Assembly: GCA_030550615.1 (NCBI GenBank)
Contig: JAUQPA010000002.1
Coordinates: forward strand, 2,074-66,073
Length of the DNA: 64,000 nucleotides
Origin: Thermoproteota archaeon
GTDB lineage: Archaea; Thermoproteota; Thermoprotei_A; Sulfolobales; Desulfurococcaceae
Direction: 5' to 3'
Shown here: positions 57,029 to 64,000 of the stretch, piece after piece
Numbering within the stretch: position 1 is the first letter of the stretch
How the letters are laid out: each line of letters opens with the position of its first letter
The notes under the pieces: model-generated
Seen by the model: only the letters and a program-made list of their open reading frames with translations
Databases searched by the model: none
Told to the model about the DNA's origin: nothing
Translations under genes and position numbers: made by a program

Positions 57029-57436
57029 TTGAGACTATTAATTTGCCGTAGCCACTTAACTAAAGTAAGGAATAAAGTTGCTGAGAGTGATACAGAGCTT
57101 GTTTTCATAGGTATCGGGAGGTCGAATCAGCAGGAATTTATAGTCGAGAAAGTTTACGAGTGTAAGAATATCTCGGATAACCCTAGGATAAAGTTCTATG
57201 CAGACCCTATTTGCATATATGAAGTTCATAAAGAAGCTGAATTATCAAATAGATCCATAGTATTACTTATCCACAGTCACCCCACGTCCCCAGAACCAAG
57301 CTACGAGGATGAACAGAATATGAAAGTATGGCCTATTCCATGGCTGATCATAGATTCATCAACGGGTGAAAGTAAAGCGTGGATAATTAAAAACAATAAA
57401 CTCCTCGAGATCAACATTGATATATGCAGTTGTTAA
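57029..57436 (+). CDS. JAB1/MPN/JAMM-like metalloprotease domain protein (minimal, 135 aa)
   Basis: TELVFIGIG (upstream Glu) and LLIHSHPTSPEPSYED, i.e. H-x-H-x6-S-x2-D. The canonical JAMM spacing is H-x-H-x7-S-x2-D. Confidence 0.6.
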   Translation: MRLLICRSHLTKVRNKVAESDTELVFIGIGRSNQQEFIVEKVYECKNISDNPRIKFYADPICIYEVHKEAELSNRSIVLLIHSHPTSPEPSYEDEQNMKVWPIPWLIIDSSTGESKAWIIKNNKLLEINIDICSC

Positions 57437-57516
57437 ACAGTTGTTAATGTATTAAAACTCCAATTAAATATTCATAATTAATTGAAAACACTATTCGAGC
57501 TTACCTGGTGATCTAA

Positions 57517-58875
57517 TTGAGTGGAATTGGCATAAGAGTAGAATCCGTAGCTCGAAGAAGAATAAGTTCACACAGCCACATAAGAGGCCTCGGACTAGAT
57601 GAGAAGGGTAAAGCAGTGTTCAAAGCCGACGGATTAGTCGGTCAAATGGAGGCCCGCGAAGCAGCAGGTATAGTTGTTAAGATGATCAAGGAAGGTAAAA
57701 TGGCTGGACGAGGAATACTCCTAGTTGGACCACCAGGTACAGGTAAAACAGCTCTAGCAGTAGCTATTGCAAGAGAACTAGGAGAAGACACCCCCTTTGT
57801 AATGATGTCTGGTAGCGAAGTATATAGTACAGAGAGGAAGAAAACGGAAGTATTAATGGAGGCTGTGAGAAAATCACTCGGAGTAAGAGTAAAAGAAGTT
57901 AGAAAAGTATATGAGGGTGTTGTCAAAGAAGTTAAGATCAGGAGATCAAGGCACCCCATGATCCCTTATTACGCTATACCCGTTGAAGCGAAGATCACTC
58001 TTGCTACAAAAGACGAAGAAGTTACACTAACTGTTCCAGACGAAATTACGCAACAAATAATAGAGCTTGGCATTAGAAAAGGGGATGTTATATGGATCGA
58101 TGCTGAAACAGGTAGAGTCCACAGAGTTGGAAGAACAAAGGAATTAGAAGGTGCTAAAACTTATGACATAGAAGTTAAGAAAGTTGTAGAAATACCTAAG
58201 GGACCGGTGAAAAAAGAAAAGGAAATAGTAACTGTTCTTACTCTACATGATCTCGATGTTTATTTCGCTACACAGAGATCTCTAGTAAGCTTCTTTGGAT
58301 TAACCTTCGAGCGGGAAATACCAAGCGAGGTTAGACGTGACGTTGATGAAACCATTAAAAAATGGCTTGATCAGAAGAAAGCGGAATTGGTTCCAGGCGT
58401 ATTATTCATAGATGATGCTCACATGCTGGATATCGAGGCATTTAGCTTTTTAACACGGGCTATGGAAAGCGAGTTCGCTCCCATTATCATACTGGCGACT
58501 AACAGAGGATTCGCTAGAATAAGAGGAACAGATATTGAATCACCTCATGGCATGCCATTAGATTTACTTGATAGATTACTAATTATCCCCACGAAGCCTT
58601 ATACAGCAGATGAAGTAAGGGAAATCATATTGATCAGAGCAGAGGAAATGGAGATAGAGCTATCAAATGAAGCAATAGAAAAACTCGTTGAACTCGGCGT
58701 GAAGAGAAGCCTGCGTTACGCAGTACAACTACTTGAACCAGCACGTATAATTGCCGAAGAAAGAGGCTCGCAGAAAATTGAACTAAAGGATATAGAGCAT
58801 GCATCCAAATTATTCATTGACGTATCCACCAGCGTTGAATATTTGAAACAATATGAGCAGATGTTCCTGAAGTAA
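57517..58875 (+). CDS. TIP49 (RuvB-like AAA+ ATPase)
   Basis: RISSHSHIRGLGLDE N-terminus, Walker A GPPGTGKTA, Walker B LFIDDAHMLD. An inserted domain II lies between the Walker motifs. 452 aa. Confidence 0.9.
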   Translation: MSGIGIRVESVARRRISSHSHIRGLGLDEKGKAVFKADGLVGQMEAREAAGIVVKMIKEGKMAGRGILLVGPPGTGKTALAVAIARELGEDTPFVMMSGSEVYSTERKKTEVLMEAVRKSLGVRVKEVRKVYEGVVKEVKIRRSRHPMIPYYAIPVEAKITLATKDEEVTLTVPDEITQQIIELGIRKGDVIWIDAETGRVHRVGRTKELEGAKTYDIEVKKVVEIPKGPVKKEKEIVTVLTLHDLDVYFATQRSLVSFFGLTFEREIPSEVRRDVDETIKKWLDQKKAELVPGVLFIDDAHMLDIEAFSFLTRAMESEFAPIIILATNRGFARIRGTDIESPHGMPLDLLDRLLIIPTKPYTADEVREIILIRAEEMEIELSNEAIEKLVELGVKRSLRYAVQLLEPARIIAEERGSQKIELKDIEHASKLFIDVSTSVEYLKQYEQMFLK

Positions 58876-58886
58876 TCAACTATACA

Positions 58887-58895
58887 TTTTTGTTT
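58887..58895 (+). terminator. T-rich putative archaeal terminator after the TIP49 gene
   Basis: TTTTTGTTT run 12 nt after the TAA stop, in a convergent intergenic gap. Confidence 0.25.
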
Positions 58896-58969
58896 CTAAC
58901 GCAAAACACTAAACCACAACATGCTATTCTATACATTGCGAGATGGAGGAGTTTTAGATTATTAAAAAA

Positions 58970-60349
58970 TTATTTAAATATTTTCATGAGCAACGGATAA
59001 AATACTGTAGACAAGATCACACCTAGATACCAACTAATGCTTGTTGGAAATACCAATGGTCCAACTGTTGTTACATCGTTTACTGCAAAACTAAACAAGT
59101 ATATACCGATAATGGATAAAACGTATGTCAATATAGCTGCATAATTAAAACATTTGTAACCATAACAGTTATCTTCGTGAAGTTCGTTGAAATTATAGTT
59201 TCTTCCTCTAACTAAATAGTAATCCGCAATCATAATTCCCGCTATAGGTCCCAGGAGAATTCCGTAGTTAGCAGTGAAAGCTGTAACGTAGCTTACTACG
59301 TCAGGCCCTTTCTCAACCGCCCACCATGGTGCTAGTATAAAACCTATGATAGCTGCTAGTAGTAGCTTGTATTTCCTTATTTTCAGGCTATATACTAGTA
59401 GATTCATTAAAGCTGGAATGTTCGCTGTTACATCCGTACTGAATGGAGCTAGAAACGCGAATATCTGGCCTAGTATCATTGCTATTACGCCTGGTGCTGC
59501 GTATAGTATGATCTCCTGGGGTGTACTGTAACCGGTGTACAGTGACATATAGTAACCTAGCACTGATGCGATAGTTGATGTTAATACTATGCCAACCAAC
59601 GGACCTACCACTAGTGCTTTGTATCCGCGTTTATCCGCGAATAAACCTCGTGAAAGATCGCTTATATTCAAAGCAACAGTTGCCCAGAAGTTTGTCTGCA
59701 CAGCTAAGTACAGTGCAAATTCCTTTGATAATAATCCAACACCGCTTGGTATGCTGGTGTTTACATTATTTCGACCAGCGAGATATATTGTTAACCAGAT
59801 GAAGTATAATAACAGGAAAGGCCCTGAAATATTCACAAATTTAGCAATAGTTTTCAACCCTTTAGCAACAACTATTGAAGCTAATACAACATATAAAGCT
59901 ACAACGAAGACAACGTACTTAAATGAGTTTTGAACAATAATAGATGGCTCCATCTTTCCATGACTCGTAATAGCCAGTATTATCATTAAAATCGCTAAGC
60001 TAGCACTATAGGCTTCTATTCCATACCATCCAGCTCCAACAATTCCCCTAAGAATAACAGGTATATGTGAACCTTTAAGTCCCCAGCTTGGTCTTAGTTG
60101 TATTGGGTATGGAATACCGTACTTTACTCCGGGAACTCCGTTTAATATCATTACTACAACTGTAGCTAAATTACCAAGTAAAGCCCCCAGTGCTACCTCT
60201 AATGGATTTAGCCCAAGATTATAGCCTATTGTTCCTAGGAAAAATAGCGGAATACAAACATTCATGCTGAACATCATCCAGGAAAAAGTAATTACACCGT
60301 AGAGCCTGTTGTTGCTAGATATTGGTTTCAATTCTTGTATTTCGTTCAA
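58970..60349 (-). CDS. NCS1-family nucleobase/cation symporter (cytosine/uracil/thiamine/allantoin type)
   Basis: 12-TM protein. GIPYPIQLRPSWGLKGSHIPVILRGIVGAGWYGIEAY matches the NCS1 TM3-region pattern (R.sFG...GWfGiq). Confidence 0.7.
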   Translation of the reverse strand: MNEIQELKPISSNNRLYGVITFSWMMFSMNVCIPLFFLGTIGYNLGLNPLEVALGALLGNLATVVVMILNGVPGVKYGIPYPIQLRPSWGLKGSHIPVILRGIVGAGWYGIEAYSASLAILMIILAITSHGKMEPSIIVQNSFKYVVFVVALYVVLASIVVAKGLKTIAKFVNISGPFLLLYFIWLTIYLAGRNNVNTSIPSGVGLLSKEFALYLAVQTNFWATVALNISDLSRGLFADKRGYKALVVGPLVGIVLTSTIASVLGYYMSLYTGYSTPQEIILYAAPGVIAMILGQIFAFLAPFSTDVTANIPALMNLLVYSLKIRKYKLLLAAIIGFILAPWWAVEKGPDVVSYVTAFTANYGILLGPIAGIMIADYYLVRGRNYNFNELHEDNCYGYKCFNYAAILTYVLSIIGIYLFSFAVNDVTTVGPLVFPTSISWYLGVILSTVFYPLLMKIFK

Positions 60350-60432
60350 AAGCCCGCTTTACTTTATCTAAAGATCGGGTTTTTAAATATTATTATGGAA
60401 CCACTTTTGTCCCACAGCGGTGTTAATCATCA

Positions 60433-61443
60433 TCATAAGTGAAGGGTTCCTTGCTGAAGTTTATTCTTTATTTTTACCTTTATTTTTGGTCCTATGGGTT
60501 CTCCGTGAATTTTCATTGTTAAACTACAGATACTACATATTCCATTTCGTGAAGGCATTCCGCAGTAGCGGCACGGCTGTATTTCCTCTAGAATCGGTGT
60601 TTTTTCAAGATTTTTTGCAAGTCTTCTGGCTACAGAGATTTTGAATCCAGGAGCGTAATTCTCTAGTTCATCCATCATTTTCCTAATACTATTTTTAAAT
60701 GGATCCTGATACTTGTAAGGACATGGTGTTTTAGTTGTTTTTATTCCAGCTAGATAAGCATATGTTGAAAGATCATCTTCGTAAATCTCATATAGTAATT
60801 TGATCTTCTTAGCTAGTAATCCTTGAATACCTTTCGTAACAGGGATCATTTTAGCCATATCGATGTTATCTTGAAATAGAAAATCCTTAATAATGAAAAC
60901 TAATACGTCATCCATGTGATGTCCAAGTGCAACTGCATCAACACCTAGTTCTATAGCAGTTAAGTTCAGAATATATCGTTTTATTAATCCGCATAAACTA
61001 CATGGAGGTCTACGCGTTAATTCAACTAGCTCTGGGAGGTTATGATCCATTAATTCTTTAATTGGTATAATTATGCAGTTAGTTCCAGTATCTTGACACG
61101 CTTTTTTTACAGCATTTATAGATTCTAATGAATATTCTCCAAGTCCGAGATCTATGTGAATACCTATTATTTCCTCGAGCTCTGTTTTGTCTTTAATTTT
61201 ACTCAGTATATGTAATAAACTTAAGCTATCCTTACCTCCAGATAATGCCACGAGTATTCTCTTAGTATCCTTCAATATACCGTATCTCTTCATGGTATTT
61301 AATACTCTGTTCTCAATGTACTCTAAGAAGTGTTCTCTGCATAGCAGTAGTTTAGCATACGTAACTCGGACACTCGCTCTACTACCGCATTTTCTGCATT
61401 TGTAGTTAACGTTGTCCTCTAGTATTTTACTCAAGTATAACAC
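60433..61443 (-). CDS. TtuA/NcsA-type PP-loop tRNA 2-thiolation enzyme
   Basis: N-terminal zinc finger CRKCGS...CREH and PP-loop SGGKDS. Fe-S ligand contexts PPCSLCG and TPCPYK. C-terminal zinc finger CRYCG...CSICS. Confidence 0.8.
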   Translation of the reverse strand: MLYLSKILEDNVNYKCRKCGSRASVRVTYAKLLLCREHFLEYIENRVLNTMKRYGILKDTKRILVALSGGKDSLSLLHILSKIKDKTELEEIIGIHIDLGLGEYSLESINAVKKACQDTGTNCIIIPIKELMDHNLPELVELTRRPPCSLCGLIKRYILNLTAIELGVDAVALGHHMDDVLVFIIKDFLFQDNIDMAKMIPVTKGIQGLLAKKIKLLYEIYEDDLSTYAYLAGIKTTKTPCPYKYQDPFKNSIRKMMDELENYAPGFKISVARRLAKNLEKTPILEEIQPCRYCGMPSRNGICSICSLTMKIHGEPIGPKIKVKIKNKLQQGTLHL

Positions 61444-61538
61444 CCGGAGCGAAAATCACTGTTTTCTAAGTGATATAATACGTTAATTACATTAATAACA
61501 TAGATGCCGGCGTATTGTGATAACTACTGGCGATTACA

Positions 61539-62432
61539 TTGAACCTGGGTTTAATTTATAAAAGCTTGATGGAAGATGATTTCAAGGTGCTGCATACACT
61601 TGAAAAACACTTGGTAAACAGAGAGTACGTGCCTTTACAATTAATTGAAAAAACTAGTGGAATACACGAGGAAAAACTACAATTGATCGTTAAAAAACTA
61701 CAGGGATTAAACCTAGTTAGAAGCGAAACAATAACCGGGGAAAAAATGTTTCGCTTAACATACCTTGGATACGATATGTTAGCTATACGTGCACTTGCTA
61801 AATCCAATATGCTCGAAGCTATAGGAGACAGAATCGGTGTAGGAAAAGAGAGCGAAATATATATGGGTTTAGCACCGGGAGGAACACAGGTGGCTGTAAA
61901 ATTCCTACGCATAGGTAGAACAAGCTTCAGACAAACAGTAAGAGTTAGAGCCTGGGTACGTAATAAACCATTCTCTACATGGTATGAACAATCAAAAATC
62001 GCGGCTGAGAGAGAATTTAAGGCAATTAAGGAGCTAATTAGTTATAAGGCATATGTTCCAAATCCGATAGGTTACAATAGACATGTTGTCGTAGTAGAGT
62101 ATATTGATGGAACCGAGTTATACACTAGACCATTCCTCGAGGACCCGGATAAGGTGTTGGAGAAAATACTTTTCACGTTGACTTTAGCTCTTCATAGAGC
62201 GGGAATAGTGCACGGCGACTTAAGTGAATACAACGTCATAGTTCGAAGATCAAATGAAGATCCATTCATTATTGACTGGCCTCAGTACGTGTATAAAGAT
62301 GACCCAAGTGCTATTGATCTATTGAAACGTGACATATACTACATTGTTAAATTCTTCAATAAAGTATATGGAACACTGTTGGATCCTGAATCAGCGTTCG
62401 ACAAGGTTTTAAAAGGTGTATTCTTAAATTAA
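61539..62432 (+). CDS. rio2: RIO-type serine kinase, Rio2 class (N-terminal winged helix)
   Basis: An N-terminal wHTH segment precedes the kinase core. Core motifs are GVGKESEIY, VAVKFLRIGRTSFR, HGDLSEYNVIV and IDWPQ. Confidence 0.85.
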   Translation: MNLGLIYKSLMEDDFKVLHTLEKHLVNREYVPLQLIEKTSGIHEEKLQLIVKKLQGLNLVRSETITGEKMFRLTYLGYDMLAIRALAKSNMLEAIGDRIGVGKESEIYMGLAPGGTQVAVKFLRIGRTSFRQTVRVRAWVRNKPFSTWYEQSKIAAEREFKAIKELISYKAYVPNPIGYNRHVVVVEYIDGTELYTRPFLEDPDKVLEKILFTLTLALHRAGIVHGDLSEYNVIVRRSNEDPFIIDWPQYVYKDDPSAIDLLKRDIYYIVKFFNKVYGTLLDPESAFDKVLKGVFLN

Positions 62433-62480
62433 AAATATAATTTTCTTTGTACAATTTATGTAACATGATGACTGATATAT

Positions 62481-64000
62481 ATGCATACTCAGGGTGGGCG
62501 CATCGTTACAGTAATGGGCATAGATATCAAGCCTGGTTACTCCCCGAGATCACACAAAACACCGAGATATGCTGTTGTAATATTAAGAGATGGGGAAATA
62601 ATTGAAAAACTCGATAATATTACCTTGTATAGTGCAATAAGACTCATTATTGAATACCACGTAGATATACTGGCTGTGGATAACATACAAGAGTTGGTTA
62701 AAAACTCCAGGGATCTCTCGAGATTAAGTAAAATAATTCCATCGTGGTGCAAGATTGTCGAAGTCACTAGCACCGGAGAAGATTATGTAAAAACAGAGAA
62801 ATTAGCCCAAGAACTTGGATTGAACCAATCTAGCTTATCGCCAATAGATACAGCTACTGTAGTTGCTCACGCCGCATATAGAGGAATTGGTAGAGAGATC
62901 AAATTGCCATCAGATAGAGTTTACATTATAGTTTCAAAAGGAAGAACACCTATACAAGGTGGGAGTAGCAGCGATAGATTTAAAAGAAGCATTAGAGCAT
63001 CCGTGCTCCAGTTAGTGAAGGAAATTAAGGAAGCATTGGATAAAAATGAACTGGATTATGACCTAGTAGTGAAGGAAAGTGATGGAGGGCTGGAGAGAGG
63101 TTTCTTCATAGTTTATGCACCTCTCGAGAAAGTTCGCGAAATCATATCTCCGTTCGAACACAAGAATATAAAAATCAAGGTGAAGCCAGCTGCTAGAAGT
63201 AGATCTATCAAACAGCAAAAACGATTAGTAATCGCGGGCATAGATCCAGGTACCAGTATAGGAATATCCATTTTGGACCTGAATGGAAAACCCCTACTGG
63301 TATATAGTTACAAGAATCCAGATAGAGAAAAAGTTATAGAAACTATACTTGCAATAGGTAAACCAATAATAGTCTCTGTTGATGTCGCTAAACCACCTGA
63401 ATACGTTAAGAAAATAGCATCGATGTTAAATGCTCTATTATATCACCCTGATGAAGATCTAAGCATTGATGAGAAACAGAGATTAGTAAATGAATACATA
63501 TCTCTATATAACATAGACGTCCCTGATTCACATGCACGCGATGCTTTATCAGCGTCGATCAAGGCATATAAACAAATTAAACCATTAATAGAGGAAATAG
63601 AGTCTAAAATAAGAGATATTAGTGGCTTAAATCGTGATGAAATAGTTTCAAAAGTACTTAAGGGTAAGCCTTTATCCGAAGTTCTCGAGGAAGAGTTCAT
63701 GAAGATCTTGATACGTGATGAATTGAGAAAGCCTAAGTTAACTAATGAAAGAAAAGAAGTAGCATATAGCACGGAAGAATTGCAAAAACTTCAAGTGAAA
63801 ATCAACGAGCTCAAAAACACTGTTAAAAAACTGGAGGAGGCTTTAAAGAAACGCGATGAATTAATTGAAACCCTCGAATTAGAATTAAAATTACTGAGAA
63901 AAAGACCAGCGAATGAAGAATATGAGAGAAAAATAAATCAGCTTCAAGTGGAAATTGAGACTTTGAAAAAAGCGATCATGGAGAAAAACAACATCATTGA
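62481..64000 (+). CDS. COG2433/DUF460-like archaeal protein with two RNase H-like (RuvC/YqgF-like) modules and a coiled coil (partial, runs off the right edge)
   Basis: Absent from the ORF track (no stop in the window). My translation from the ATG at 62481 (or 62514) reads (MHTQGGRIVTV)MGIDIKPGYS...AVDNIQEL. The second module is VIAGIDPGTSIGISILDLNGKP...VSVDV...DSHARDALSAS. Then comes a K/E-rich coiled coil, open to base 64000. Confidence 0.6.
   Translation, partial: MHTQGGRIVTVMGIDIKPGYSPRSHKTPRYAVVILRDGEIIEKLDNITLYSAIRLIIEYHVDILAVDNIQELVKNSRDLSRLSKIIPSWCKIVEVTSTGEDYVKTEKLAQELGLNQSSLSPIDTATVVAHAAYRGIGREIKLPSDRVYIIVSKGRTPIQGGSSSDRFKRSIRASVLQLVKEIKEALDKNELDYDLVVKESDGGLERGFFIVYAPLEKVREIISPFEHKNIKIKVKPAARSRSIKQQKRLVIAGIDPGTSIGISILDLNGKPLLVYSYKNPDREKVIETILAIGKPIIVSVDVAKPPEYVKKIASMLNALLYHPDEDLSIDEKQRLVNEYISLYNIDVPDSHARDALSASIKAYKQIKPLIEEIESKIRDISGLNRDEIVSKVLKGKPLSEVLEEEFMKILIRDELRKPKLTNERKEVAYSTEELQKLQVKINELKNTVKKLEEALKKRDELIETLELELKLLRKRPANEEYERKINQLQVEIETLKKAIMEKNNII

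Noticed and set aside
60425-60441. TGATGATGA on the minus strand (C-box-like) at the 3' end of the TtuA-like gene
   Set aside because: It is the stop codon of the gene followed by two more in-frame TGA codons. There is no downstream CUGA D box or guide architecture. It is a curiosity rather than an sRNA.
62464-62476. ATGATGA immediately followed by CTGA, resembling C and D' boxes of an archaeal C/D sRNA
   Set aside because: The boxes abut, with no ~12-nt guide spacer. No C' box or terminal D box (CUGA) lies 45-60 nt downstream. The motif sits in the promoter/start region of the DUF460-like gene.
1-64000. Screen for CRISPR arrays, tRNA/rRNA genes, transposases/integrases, toxin-antitoxin pairs and known defence-system hallmarks
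   Set aside because: No regularly spaced direct repeats were seen. No GC-rich islands typical of structural RNAs in an AT-rich thermophile genome were seen. No DDE, tyrosine- or serine-recombinase motifs were seen. HerA and NurA are in their canonical repair context with Mre11 and Rad50, not with defence partners such as SIR2 or DUF4297. This was by-eye scanning only, so short or degenerate elements could be missed.

Overview
This is a dense, AT-rich archaeal chromosome segment, probably from a hyperthermophilic crenarchaeon (Thermoproteota, Desulfurococcales-like). That placement rests on gene content only: herA-nurA-mre11-rad50, TIP49, RIO2, DRG, a TtuA-type tRNA thiolase and a COG2433/DUF460-like protein. 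I call about 58 protein genes, two of them cut by the window edges and therefore absent from the ORF track: rad50 at the left edge and a DUF460-like gene at the right edge. Most of the window is ordinary housekeeping and metabolism. It holds a DSB-repair operon, a stomatin/NfeD pair, spermidine synthase and DERA, a complete glycine cleavage system (gcvH, gcvT, gcvPA, gcvPB, lpd), and proteases (HtrA, M42, TldD/PmbA). It also holds two ABC systems, carbamate kinase, a GH1 + MFS + galK/galT sugar cluster, TIP49, a TtuA-like thiolase and Rio2. By eye I found no tRNA or rRNA genes, no CRISPR array, and no transposase, integrase or other mobile element. I found no convincing ncRNA either. I cannot point to a clear-cut novel system. 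The best candidates are three. (1) A co-directional pair at 35.1-36.8 kb: a divergent HhH-GPD-like protein with a Cys cluster, followed by a small radical SAM enzyme. (2) A block of four uncharacterised small genes at 55.1-57.4 kb (wHTH-like, polytopic membrane, JAMM-like with variant metal-site spacing) next to TIP49. (3) The partial COG2433/DUF460-like protein with two RNase H-like modules at 62.5-64 kb. All calls come from motif recognition by eye on the supplied translations and my own translation of the two edge ORFs. No homology search or structure prediction was possible.
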